Source of the DNA: Bigelowiella natans CCMP2755
Lineage: Eukaryota; Protista; Cercozoa
DNA length: 64,000 nt
Assembly: GCA_000320545.1 (NCBI GenBank)
Contig: ADNK01001740.1
Location: 8,040 to 72,039 of the forward strand
Direction: 5' to 3'
Position numbers and translations under genes: made by a program. Under the pieces are notes generated by a model. The model had not been told where the DNA came from, did no database searches, and saw only the letters and a list, made by a program, of their open reading frames with translations. Each line of letters begins with the position of its first letter. The stretch's first letter is position 1. This document shows, in pieces, positions 39,747-52,790 of this stretch.

Positions 39747-41105
39747 ATATAACATAACACCTTAAAGTTATGTTCTGATTTTATTTCTTTGCAGATATGT
39801 CTCTCTTTGCCCTTAGTGGCAGCTACCAGAACCTTGACCAAGGCCTCAGCCGTTGGCCTATCCTCTAAAATTGATGATGAAAATTGGCGCAATGATAGGC
39901 TACTACTTTCTCTTATTAACCCTCCCAAAGCATAGTAGTCCATAGTCTGACCCCATTGATTAGTCACCCCTCCCCCTTCAGATCTTCTTGTTGCTTTCTT
40001 ACCAGGCTTGCTCCGGTGGCATTTATGGAACAACTCTGTTCGCAAGTCCTTAGCCCCTGCCAACTCACTAGGTAGTTGCAGACGAAGATCACCTGTCCTA
40101 CACAACCACAGGCACTACTCTGTAACTGACACTCACGACACTGATTTCAAGAAAAAGCTCCGTGCGGCATTGACTGCGAGGCGCAAAAAAGGAGAAGGTC
40201 GCGTGGATGGAGACGGTAAATGAGAGAATGTGCTATTTTTGTTAATCACGTTTCCTAGAGTAGCAGAACTAGTATCACCGAATCCGTGCCATTGCTGTTC
40301 GGGAGTCCAATCCTGAGTAAGGCGCGCTTCGCCCCTTATGCACATCCAAGGAATCATACAAGTTAACACTGAAGGAATGACCCCCATACCACCATTGGCG
40401 CAAGCATTTTGGTATTTTTTCACAATGTTCATCCAACGTTTCATAACTCTTAGCGCAGGATAATCCGAAACATGATACTTCTTTTGCCTCTTCGGCGGAA
40501 AGCCTTTGGCTCTCGTTTGCCCTCCACCCATTCGGTGCCTCTTCCCTGCAAAGCATTACTACCTTTGTCAGTATTTCCCAGATAGACACACCTGCATCCA
40601 GAGGAAGAAGAGAATGGCACCGACAAACAACGAATCAGAACACTTCCAAACATTGTATATTGTGTAGTTACACCTCTAAGACTACAGCATACAATATTTT
40701 ACTACCGAGCATCCAGATATCGGATTTTGTGCTAAATTTGCCCTCAAAGCTCTCCGGCGCAATCCAACCCCATGCGACTAGTGAATCGATCTTATTTTTA
40801 AAAATTGGAGATAACACCAAATCGTCGGAAATCGATAAATCGATGTCTTCTATTTTCTTGAGACTACATGCACACATAGACACGTACCCACGTAGCAATG
40901 CATGCACGTATTACAGTATGATGAGCACGAGCAGAGCATGATGGTGCTGAAGGAGGACCTGCCTATAATACGATCTTTGACGGCCCAATTTCCTAGAAAG
41001 TCCTATGGATTTTGAAGATGATGTACCTCAAAAACTCCAAAATATCCTCCGCAATGCACAAATTTACACACACACACACACACACACACAGGTGCGCACA
41101 AATAC

Positions 41106-41136
<31 letters not shown>

Positions 41137-41416
41137 TATATTCTAAGTCCCATATTGGCTAAAATACCATAATCAGCAATAACTACGGTGCAGTCCTCTT
41201 TCATCAGCCTATTTCGTTATTTATTCGTTAAAGTAAGAGGATATGGTAGAAAGACTATGGGGGAGAGCGAAGTCTGATACAAGTGTGTCTTTATCGTGCA
41301 GATATGGATAAGAATGATTTGTTTGGGTATCAATACAGATTTCGACAAGCCAGGTCTCGGTGAACGATTCCAAGGTTATGCAGGAACGATAAACCTATAC
41401 GATCGATGGATGATGG

Positions 41417-41447
<31 letters not shown>

Positions 41448-43787
41448 AACGATGATGCTGATGATTTCAGTGTTGTTTGTTTTCAAATATGGTGAGACTA
41501 GGGACGATGCAATGGATGTGTCAACAATAAGCTCATATCTCCAGTCCAACTCATCTAATAGCTTCGTCATGGTCAAATATATGGTTTATGTTCTGGTAAA
41601 TCGAGAGAGGTAGTAGGCAATAGGCACGGACAGTAGGCATGGATAAATACTTATATAACTCACATATTGTCGAAATATTCAGGTCTACTGCTACTGCTGC
41701 TGCTGCTGCTGCTACCGTTGCATATATCGAGGGCTATGTAAACGAATCGTGCCAGGGTCACCATATCGATCGTCTACGAGAGGGAAAACCAACAATGAAG
41801 AGAAAATGAAAGCGATGACGTGAAGGATGTGGTGATAATATTAAGGCAAATGTGTGTGTACCAATCTGAATATGGAAAAAATATGCCCACAACCCAGTCA
41901 AGAAAACAAGAAAATCCGCATCATTGGCAGGTCAACTATGGTTATCATCAGCCCCCCCTTCACCCCCCTCCTCTCTTCTTTCCCCTCCTCTCTATTCCGT
42001 ATAACTTGTTATGATAGAACATGAATCATAATGCGTTTTTAGATCAAGCACGTTGTGTAAATTGTCCACAGATCCTCTCGAGCACAGGCCTGTTAGGAAG
42101 CACAATTTCCTACGAAAAATATACATATATAACTCATATACGAATTTAAGTAGTCGAAGAGGAAATCCGGGTTGATACAAAAGCCGCACCACCAAACAAC
42201 ATTCCAGCTTACTATATACTTGTGGCCGATAATATTGTTCTTCTATGCTTTTCTCACAAGGTTGACCTTGCCGATAACCGAAAATCCAAGGGTGTCATTT
42301 TACCTGTCCATCGTCACGATTCCAACAAACTCTAGGACGTTGGGGTGCTGCTTTAAGGCCCCTAGAGAGTAGCAGTAGTATGTATTAGTAGGCAGTAGTA
42401 GTATTAGTGGTAGTAGTATTAAGTATGCTTACAGGAGATCCTCTAGTCACATTTGTCTCTTCCATACAGTTTGCTCGTGGAGTATACATGAAGGACGTAC
42501 TAGTGTTGTGGTTTCATGGCTCGGTTTTAATAAGATAATATCTTAAGTATTGGTCTTGTAAGCAACCCATGGCTCTGAGCTCCTTCCAATCTTCATCATC
42601 GAGGGCTTCTGGATGGGGAAAACCAAAGAATGAATGATGGTTTGGATTCGAGGAATTCTACGAAATAGGAGTGATCACTCCGTCATTTGCGCCCTACCCT
42701 CAGCATCAACGACGTTCACATTTTGACATTACAGTGAGTAATTTGACGAGGCAGCTGTGAAGCTATAGTCCCGAGTAGTAGATATTACATTTCGATATAT
42801 GGCGGTTGTGTGGCTTCTCTTACCATCCTCACTCTTTCGCGGTGCTTTAGGGATCTTTAACGCAACATCTCTCCCACCTGCAACCGTCTTTCACGGTCCA
42901 ATTAAAGGGTATATCAGTACTACGGCGCACAAGCGAGAGCAGAGGAAACAAAAACCCCTTCGTCTTTGGAAAAATGAAGTGTCGATCATTTCACATATAT
43001 ATTTTATCAATTCGAGGGGCTATGGAAGGAGGATGTAGCATATGTTTGTACACACACACGCACACATTCACATGCACACACAGACGATGTGTAGATAGTA
43101 AACATACCGCTACAAATGTGTCAGCAAAATTCCCTGACCCTAGTACACATTTGCATCAATCGGTGAATTTTTACAGCGTCGTCATATTGATGAACATCGC
43201 AGACCGACAAACACCACCCCACCAGCTGCTTCCAAAGTCAGCATCGATAAGAGAGGACGTGATATTTAAGCTGGTAGAGATCTCTCACGCAAGAAGAAGA
43301 ACATGTGTTTATCAGTCATTTCGTAATGATGATCCGAAGAGATTCGATGTTTGGAAATAAAATAAACATATCGAGAAACCCGCTTTCTTATTGCTCAACT
43401 CACAAATGATAACCTAATTTTCGTTTGATTTGGACTTCAGATGCGCTATATATCTGGATTGTTCCGATAGTCTGGCGTGAGTTTATCGAAGCTGTATATA
43501 TATATAGAGGCAAAACGTTAACATCATCCATACAACGATAATCGACAAGTAATTTTGCATATGTCGTTGTTGCTATTGATGATGTGTTCATGATGGTGGT
43601 GCTAGTGTCACTCGGGGACACCCAATACCGCAATGCGGTACAGATTAATCGAGAAATGCCCTAGAAGCTAAAAACTACTATTGATTTGTCGCACGTAGTC
43701 TCAACGCCATAGGGCTGTAGGCCTAGACGTCCATGCCTCGTCTTGCTCTCTCCTATTTATATCCACAATTATTACTCGTAAAGCACT

Positions 43788-43830
<43 letters not shown>

Positions 43831-43950
43831 ACATACATACATATATAATAGAGACCAAGCAAAGTATTTTATTGAATTAACCAGAGGTTAGACGTGGCCA
43901 TTGAGAACGAAGAGCACCATAAAGATCTGGAACCTCTATAACCAGGGCGG
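39620..43950 (-). CDS. Tyrosine-kinase-type (TK/TKL) protein kinase, multi-exon; further 5' exons probably extend to about 45100 or beyond
   Basis: Phase-consistent exons: EVQIKRKL|GSGNFADTFVA|TVAGGRDVALKIPK..|DWKELRAM|GALKQHPNVLEFVGIV .. IALDICN|GLSFLHNLGIVHRDLACRNL (41337-41394)|LMKEDCTVVIADY|GLSRKLGRQRSYYRQ|..WGWIAPESFEGKFSTKSDIWML|GVSIWEILTK|GRSAPY..RTGDLRLQLP..LFHKC..P|EDRPT. Confidence 0.85.
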
Positions 43951-45759
43951 AACCTGTCACATAATGCGCTAAGGTCGTTGTTGTATGTTTGGTGTTGGCA
44001 TTGTCTTTGCTGATTTCGCTGTGTGCTACTCTATGAACTCGTATAATGGGAAAACATTGTTCAAGAATTTGCCTATTTAATTCAAGACGGACGATGGTAT
44101 CCGTCCCCTTGTCTTATAAAACTCTATATCAATTTATTTTGAGTTGAAATAAAAGCAAATCCGTCCTTATGTGCATTATTTCTTCCAGGTATCAATCCCG
44201 TAATGAGTTCTTCTTTCTCAGCCGATGAGAGTTAAGTTTTTATAAATCTCTCGATTCGTATATATATCTAGTATCGTTTCGTTCCCCTAATCTCCGTCTC
44301 CTTGCATTTCTCTCATTCCTCACCCATTGGAGGCCAGGCAGCAAATCCTGATCAAATAGCATAAGAAACACATTCAGCATTCAGCATACATATAGTAATA
44401 AACCGGAAAGCATCAAGCTTTTGGCGGCAGAATAAGATACACCCATCGTTAGGAGAGAATGCTCTTTAGCTTGTACGCATCCCCACACGTGAAGCTGCAA
44501 ATATCGCCATCTTCCGATAATACATGATTGTTCTTCCTGTTACTACTCGACGACCTCCTGCAGAAGAGCCTAATGCCACTCCATATTGATCTAAAGCTGA
44601 GAATAAACATTACAAGTCGAAAGTGAGGCGCCATCATGAGAAATACTCTGAGGAGTTCGTCTGGTTCAAAAAGCCGTTGCAGCAGCCGTTACCCCACCAT
44701 AATCTATTGTGACCATCATTATCTCAGCAAATGCTAGAGACAATGTAGTATGGAACAGTATTCATTCATCCCTTATCTTCATTCTACATGTTCAATACAC
44801 ATTGATTCGTCGTTCCGCCTATTCTTGTCTTACCGATATGCCGAGGAGTATTAGATGTCTCCTTCGATCGCCAGCAAAATTCCAGTCGTGCCGAAATTCC
44901 ATATTCCTCAGATATCATAGTAACTTTACGTGACATCTGAGCATTCAGTGAAGGCTGCTGACAGCACATGAGAGGGCAGCAGCATCCTACATACCTAACA
45001 TAGTAACCGAGGCTGTTGATGTAACTTCCGGCGAATAGTGGGTTTTTACTAGATAATTGTTCGCGAGAGGAGGAGCAAGAGACCAAATAGTTTTAGCATT
45101 TTGATAAGGTTAAATGGAAGAAGACTGACATGAGGCATATGGCCGAGCGTGTGCGACATTTATTTCCATCGTAAATACGATGTAACTCCGCTGAATATTA
45201 ACAAGGCGCGAGTTAGTGGGATATAGTTTGAAGAACCTCCGATGGACTAGCTGTCTATACCTTCGATTTCCTCATATTGATCTTGTGAAAGGACAGAGGA
45301 AAGAGCAGAGATGTATTCTGGAAACTCGTGACTAAGAGAACCTAGTAGAAAGGTCTAATTGGTGGCTATTATGCTTACTATCTCTAGCTTATGCGGTTAT
45401 GATACACAAAAGCTCGATTATCGATACTGATGGACAAACTGCAGCGATTTTGTCATTAAGGAAAAATAAGTGGAATAAGTATAGATGGCCTCGTTGGCTT
45501 GCTTGTGGTGAACAACGGTGAGAATACCTCCAAAGCAAAGCCATAATTCAACAGTCTTTTCCTGTTTACTCTTCGAGGAAGCAAAGGCTATAGGAGCAAG
45601 GAAAATGCGCCCTGTAATGGAACAAGCTGCAAGTCAAGGTTGTGCAGAACGTGACTGAACTGAAACGGAACCTTCTGGCTTCATCGAGAAGTGAGGGCCT
45701 AAGCATCAAAGCATTTTAGAAGAAGATCATGTTTGTTCCATGCTTCGACATCCCCACTA

Positions 45760-47100
45760 GTTAGAGTTGTTGATCTTAGTGTCCATTTGTTCCAAGGACC
45801 GAACTGACCAATCCCAAAGACTCACCGATTTTCGTGTACATCGCTCGTTCCGGGAAGACTGACGTTTGCATTGAGTTTTGAGTAAACGCATGCCGTTTGC
45901 ATGGTACGATGGCACTTCTGGTGTTGTCGCAGTGATGCATTTCAATGCCCAATTGCCCACATCGCACGATGATCGCAGTTGGAGAACTCTGTCATTGACT
46001 GCCCAGACTGTCTCACCACTTTGAACATCTCTTGCTCAGAACCCCGCTAGCCCGGCTGTCAGCCATCTTTTGGACCACAACGAGCATTGCTCAGAGGTGG
46101 CCCTTGCACATTGCAGTCTTCTGGCCTTTGTGATGACTGAGTTGCGCGCAAAACCACAGCTAGCACAGGATCAACGTCGGTGAATTGCTTGGAGCTAATT
46201 TTCGGCAAAAATCATCGCCAGGTGTCACGCCGTTGCGCCAGCTCAGCACCCACCGAATCCTCTCTTTGTGAGAGAAAAACAGAAATTCTCATGGCTGGAT
46301 GGTGATGTGCAATCCTCTGCTAGCTCTGCTAGCTAGCTAGCTGCTAGCTAGCTAGCCAGAGCCAGCTTGCCACTCTGGACCTCTGGACCTCGCTAGCTCG
46401 CTGGCTAGCTGGGTCTTCAGATGTCTGGCTAGCTGGACGTCTCTAACTAGCTAGGTCTAGACTAGCAGAGGTCTCCAGACCAGCTAGTCAGGTTGTGTTC
46501 GGCTCCAGCTAGCTCTGGAGCTGGGGCTGGCTCTGGCTAGCTGGGGCTAGCTGGTGGGGTTCACTGGCGAAGCTGATGAGATGACGCGGTGTCGCTAGCT
46601 CTGCTAGTCTAGATCTATTGGTGGTGCTGCAATGTCACGCTTCTGTGCGCTGGCTCTGTTAGCTCTAGAGCTAGCTAGCTAGCTAGTCTGCGTCTGCACA
46701 TGCTTCGACACTTTAATCGCTTCAATCAATGTGGTGAACATTGCGCATTCTAGCTAGCTCTAGAGATAGCATTGAACATCAATCAATGAACGGAGAATTG
46801 ATGCAAAACGACGTGCTAGCGTGTGCAAGAATCAGACAGTTAAATGGGAGATCTAGAGATGTCCAAATGTGTGTTTAGTAGCGTTGCACACCCTAGCTAC
46901 TAGGCTAGCCTAGCACGCAACACTGCTAGACCGGATTAGTGGAGCAGAGGGGCGCCCTCACTAGCTCACTAGCACAAACAGAAATCAATACGTTCATGGA
47001 TTCAAGTCAACTACCCATAAATCTTTGATTTCTGAAGTTCTAAACGTTTGACTGACTAGTTTGCAAACCCATTGATGCACACGATCTACCTCAGTTGTTA
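45760..47100. other. Strongly TpA-depleted block with a CTAG-saturated core
   Basis: 45961-46310 is nearly TpA-free apart from CTAG and one CTAA. 46311-46690 carries about 26 CTAG by hand count. Confidence 0.9.
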
Positions 47101-47826
47101 ATGTTTAAGAACCATGACACAATTAGCAAGAGACTAAGAATGCAGCCATTATAGCTGATTCAACAAACATTTAATTTATAATTTATGTTGTATTACACAT
47201 CAGAGCCGTTTGAGGGATGATGATGTGGCATTAGTTTGATGGTAATGTATCCCATGCAAAGTAACGTATTAAGGTACACTTAGTTGCTTGACTCCTGAAA
47301 TTCGCGATTGATTAACCAGAACTTGGTTAACTGTAATCGATGACTAGAACTAAAGTAACAATTTTGAAACAAATAATAATTTTCTACTTTTTATAATTTT
47401 CTCTTGAACTTTTTGTTCGACATAAACAAGCATGCACGTTGGGCTATGTACTGGAATTGTTTACTTTGGATATGCCCGTGCATCTACTCTCTCATGTTCC
47501 GATGATCCTTCTCTAGTTCTCCAGCCACAGATTTGTGATAATTCGAGTGTCAGTAGGTTCATCCCCCTTTCCTTTCCCTTTTCAATCAAGTGCGTCTTCT
47601 CATAATAAAGATACGTCCTCATCGTATCCATCACATACGTCCTCATCGTATCCATCACAACATACTCCCCCAACACCCAACATGATTGAAGAGTCCTACA
47701 TGGTATGACGCATTACCACTTCTAGATGAGCCTACGATGAGCACGATAATTCTGAACCTCCACCTTCTTATTTCAGTCCTCTTTTCGATATTGAGCAGGA
47801 AAAAATAATCTCTAATAATATAAACT

Positions 47827-49200
47827 TTAGTGCATTCGTTTTTCATGCTGGGCTAGAGTACTTCGCTGGTTAAATCTTTTCCCACATTGTTTGCATCCAT
47901 AAGGCTTTTCTCCAGTATGAATCATCATGTGTCGTTTTAAATTATATTTATTATCAAAGCTCTTTGAACACAACGGACAAACAAATGGTCTTAAAGAAAA
48001 AGGATTTGCATTTGCACTGGAGTTGTGAGTTCCTGTTTTTACGTGATTTCTCAGTGCATCCATTTCTGAAAAACGCTCGTTACACACAGGGCAAGCAAAT
48101 GGCTTCTGTTCTATAGCTCTTAGAACAAGATTAATCTTTCTCAATCGCATTTCTTCATGATCTCTGGCTTCTAGCTGCATTTTTAGTTGTGCATATCGTT
48201 TCATATCCTCATCTGAGGCACTCGCTTTGTTTCCTCGAAGACCTCCCATAATTTCTTGCTGTCTGGCAGCATTCATCTGCATCTTTAATTTCTGGTATGG
48301 TGTGATATCTCCCACAGCAGATGCAGTACCGTTTCGCTGCGACAGCGGATGAAGTTGAACATGCCGAGGCATATTATGAGGTGCTGTGGACAGCTGAGCA
48401 TATGAAGATTCTGGGATTCTAGTGTCTTTCTGTCGTAATTGATTTTCTTGGATTTGGGAATACATGCTGCTACTTCTTTCTGTTTTTCCCGGTGATGGAT
48501 ATTGATGCCGTTGTTGATTAAGACTCAGCCCAAAAGGGCTAGCGGGGGAGGATTCCCTTCGCAAAATGTATCTTGCCGTATCGGGTCTTCGAAGGACTGG
48601 AAGATCTTCCGTTTCCATATCACCGGGCCCTTGTGGATGAGTACGGGCTACGGATTCTAAGAGTCCATTTTCTTTAGCATTGATAAGAGCAAGTCGCATC
48701 ATTTGCTGCTTTTCTCTTGATGATAAGGAACCAAAACGTGATGCAAAGAATTCTCGGGATATATTTGGAATGCTTCCCATTTTTAAGTCGCTCTGGTCAT
48801 TCGAGCTCATTAAATTTCGTGTTGTAACAGAAGCAGGTGCATGAACAAACTGTTGTTGCGCTGGATTACTTCTCCTTATTGGCATCATGTTGGCTAAATT
48901 ACGTGTAAAGATTAAAAACTGATGTAATGCAGCAAACGAACATTTTGTACCTAGTGCTGAAGGTGGAAGATCCATTGCCCTATTGACTGGTCTGGGGGTA
49001 GGAGATAAGATTCTTTTTGTTGCTCGGCTGACAGATGCAGAAGACGAAGACATGTTTCGTTTTGTTGGATGTGGTCCTGCTGATCGAACGATGTTATCAG
49101 GCTCAACCAAAACCGTTTGAAGCCTGCAAAGACGATTCCAATCGCTTGTATCTCCTCTAGATGTTCTAACGGTGTTAACGTTTTGAGAGCCTGCGAACAA
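47827..49200 (-). CDS. C2H2 zinc-finger protein with three C-terminal fingers; true start uncertain
   Basis: 457-aa ORF ending in KPFACPVC..LRNH..H, RPFVCPLC..LKRHMMIH, the canonical TGEKPY linker, and CKQC..LAQHEKRMH*. The N-terminus is S/Q/P-rich and low-complexity. Confidence 0.88.
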   Translation of the reverse strand: MFAGSQNVNTVRTSRGDTSDWNRLCRLQTVLVEPDNIVRSAGPHPTKRNMSSSSASVSRATKRILSPTPRPVNRAMDLPPSALGTKCSFAALHQFLIFTRNLANMMPIRRSNPAQQQFVHAPASVTTRNLMSSNDQSDLKMGSIPNISREFFASRFGSLSSREKQQMMRLALINAKENGLLESVARTHPQGPGDMETEDLPVLRRPDTARYILRRESSPASPFGLSLNQQRHQYPSPGKTERSSSMYSQIQENQLRQKDTRIPESSYAQLSTAPHNMPRHVQLHPLSQRNGTASAVGDITPYQKLKMQMNAARQQEIMGGLRGNKASASDEDMKRYAQLKMQLEARDHEEMRLRKINLVLRAIEQKPFACPVCNERFSEMDALRNHVKTGTHNSSANANPFSLRPFVCPLCSKSFDNKYNLKRHMMIHTGEKPYGCKQCGKRFNQRSTLAQHEKRMH

Positions 49201-49329
49201 AAATCGAACATGTTTTGGACTGGCTTAACAAAGCTACGAGATAGGAACTAACAAATTTTACGATGTTTATCTGCAAAAGGACATCTGCAGCGTGTGGCAT
49301 CCGTTTAAAAAAAAATATCTCCAGTTTGA

Positions 49330-51250
49330 AGTGATGCAACGATGCATCAAATGTCATGTGTGGATGCTGGGGAAACGCACAATCAGATGAAACATGTTTG
49401 TGTGTGCTCTTAAGATTCATTGCAGATAGGAAAAGTAAATGAGGCAAGAAAGGTCAAACGGAGTAAAAGATTTAGTCTCTCAACCAGATTTTGCAAATTC
49501 ATCCATGGCATCTTGTGTCTGTCCTTCCATTATTCTACTTGTTTGTCCGCCTGCTTGTGCCTACCTTTCTCTGATAGAGAGAAGTTGACTCGCTGGTGGC
49601 GCGCCTTTCGTCGTGAATTTGACCTTTAAGAGATTTGAATATTGCGGATGTTGGCTTCCGAACAACAATGAGCGACTGTTTCAATATCGCGACAAAAATG
49701 TAAGAATTGTCGTAGTTTCCTAACGTACCTGCATTACGTTTGCCGAGGAAATATGAAGTGGAAGCATGGATTTCAGGTTTTGTACGGAGAAATCCTCAAA
49801 AAGGGGTACCAGATGACAGGCTGTTTTTTATTTAAATGCCTGCAAAAATTAAAGTTAACAAAGTTACGTCTGGAAAAACAAACGTCTTACACAGATAGCG
49901 CACATTGCGTGTGTGTGCGAATCCAACAACTAGAACCATTTTTTAGGATTCTAGCCAACAATCCGGATTGAACACAATTCATTTTCGATTTCTTTTGGAC
50001 AAAAGCATTGAAAAGTTGCAAATAATTCTGGTGGATCGTCATTTCGGTGGCGTCATTTGAATCTGAGTTACTCATCCGACGAATATCCAGTTTTCGCATG
50101 CGTTCTTCCGTGTAGCTGGAGCTCGAAAACTCCAAATTCCTTTGTAAATTGGTGCAGAGAAAAGCGCAAGGTCAGCATCTTTAGTTTCCCTGAAACACAC
50201 TTGAATGTTGTAGTTGATGCTCACGTTTGAGGTGGAAAATGCGTTGGATTCAACCCGATTGTTGTCACACTCGAACAAAATGTGCCGAAGAATCCAAGTG
50301 TGGGGGCATCTGTGTCCACTAATGAAAAGAAGCATGTGACGCATGCGCACGCGCGGTGAATAGCAGCGGTCACTGTACGAGCTAGCACTATCAATCTTGC
50401 ACACCCTACAAAATGCTTCACTTCCTGTCAACTGAAGTACCGGAAAATTTATGAGTGCTCACTTGTCAGGATGTTCCTTTGGGATCTTTACCACAATCAT
50501 GCAAAAATGAACAGCAAACATTGAACTTCGCAATTCGCAATTTTGCAAAATGATTTTGACAACCTGCAGACGATTTTTTGTTGACGTCATGTTAGAAATG
50601 AAAACTTTTTGTGTGCTTTCAGCCTTCGCACAGGCTGATCCGTTTTCCAAGTCGCTTTTGCTGGAATCTAACTAGCTTGTTGGCCGGGGTGTGGGGATTT
50701 TGTTGAAACGTTGAGATCAAGTGATCATCAGAACCAATCAAGAATGTGCTTCTTGTCATTTGTTCGAACCATGCGGCGCATGTTGAACGCAGATTTGCAC
50801 TCAGCGTTGGCACAACCATTGCATTGCCTGTTGTTGTCTGTCTTTCAGTGCATTGCATGCATGTTTGATCGAACAAAGCGCACACTCACTGGCATGTCAA
50901 TTTGCATCAGTTTTGTTGTCCTGGGATGGTAGCACAGAATCAACAATGCACATCAGACATCACAGGTGCATCGTGCCAACGATTTGAACTAGACACATGC
51001 ACATGCATCATTTTTCTTCGAAAGGGCGATTCAGCAACTCTGGAACTGAATTGCCCCTTGCTCCATCAATCCATTCATTCAAAAGGAGAAAATTGCCCTT
51101 CACTTCATCAAATTATTCATTTAAAAGGAACATCTACTACATCGCATGTGTTTGAATTCGCATTCCATGCCCTGAAATCTTGCTCCATATGATGCAGTAC
51201 ATCGAGGATGGAAAACCTGCGTATTGCAAACAAGTAGCAAGCAGCATAAT
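49330..51250. other. TpA-depleted intergenic block, strongest at 50450-51110
   Basis: 50701-51110 has two TpA, one in GTAG and one in CTAG. Confidence 0.8.
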
Positions 51251-51309
51251 TTACAATTCATGGGTACTTCCCACGTGTAACATAGCAGAATGCTTCAACA
51301 GGACCTCAT

Positions 51310-52790
51310 AGTTCATGCAAAAAGGCTATATGAGAATTTAAAGTAACAGATCCTGTTAAAGCCGTTTACCACCTTTGATTGGGGTCCAGACGTAACATCC
51401 CCTTGACAAGGCTCTTCGTCCTGTTTCCGAACCTCGTTAACGCATCGGGGACATTATACGGCAACACATCCTTATCCTGTAATGGTCGAAGTGAATATAA
51501 GATATTATTATAGCGTTATCGGAAAATATGCTACGGTAAATAAACAACAGCGACCAGAAGGTGGGAGTCCATAACATCCGAAGGTTTCATTCCTTGATAG
51601 GGAGGAGTGCGTATTAGCAACTCCACTACTACTATCCCAAACGACCAAACATCGCTCTTGAGAACAGGTCGACCCTTAGTATGCTCGGGAGATTTGTATA
51701 TTGTTGTTCCTGTACATATATGCTTCATCAGAAGACGGAGCTAAATTATGGGAATAGTGCCCACCATTAGAGTTGTCTTTTAGCTCCAACGATGATTCGT
51801 AGGCAGAAAAACCTGTAGCGGGAGAAGAACAGGACATGTATTACAAATCTGATAACCAATGAAGCATAAATTTCTTTAGCAGATTCTTCCCGCTCCAATC
51901 CAAAAAGTTGTGAATATTTCGTACATGAAAGAAGAGAGATAAGCTTAGGTACTACCAAAATCAGATAGGTAAGCGTGTTCTCCTTTCAAGAGAATGTTTC
52001 CAGGCTTGACGTCCCTTCATAGATTAAACAACCGAATAGTACTTTTGTTGAAATTCACCATAGCCGTACATATTTAGAGAACGCACGTACATATGAATCA
52101 GCTTGTTTGAGTGGAGAAAACTTAACGCTGTTGCGATCTCATAAAGTAACGACTTTGATCTGGCTTTTGAAATGCTGCTACAGCTTCCTGCTTTACAGTA
52201 CTTCTCTAAGGTCCGATCAAAAAGTGGCATAACTAGGCCTCGGTACTTGAATGTTCTGCGTGAATCCAGCACAGTAACAATTCTCTGGAAACGTCCATCA
52301 TCTAGCATTTTCGCAATAAACAGTTCGTTCCTCCTGGTTTTTATTGAAAAATACATTGATAATATTATTGAAAGACTTCTTTGCCAGGGAAACATTTTTG
52401 TCTTTCATTGATTCTTACCATGATTCGTAAGATGAGAGCCATTTTTCAGAAGTCTTCTCCACTATCTTGACTGCAACTTCCCTGCCTTTGCCATGCCCCC
52501 CAGTGGAGCCGGTTGTTCTATACTGACCATAATACACTGTTCCAGAGGAACCTTCTCCTAGAACCCTGTGAAGAAATACGTCGACTTCTCCGTTGTCCAT
52601 CTTATATTTAATGATCATTGTCTGTGAAACAAAGAATGGAGGGCTTAAAAGGAATGAAGCCAGATCTAGCTTATGTTTATTGGGTTACTTAATTGGATAA
52701 AACCCTATCTTCCACTGGCTGCTTCGCAGTCTTAGCCTTTCTTAAAGTCCCCAGACTTAGATTCTCGATTTGCTTTAGGATTTTTTCAGT
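51310..52790 (-). CDS. Ser/Thr protein kinase (non-RD), multi-exon; both ends approximate
   Basis: Exons give LGEGSSGTVYYG, EVAVKIV, RNELFI, LVMPLF, ALSFLHSNKLIHM|DVKPGNILL..YLSDFG, GTTIYKSPE, KSDVWSFGIVVVELL..PPY and LVKGMLRLDPNQR. Further 5' exons are likely. Confidence 0.85.
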
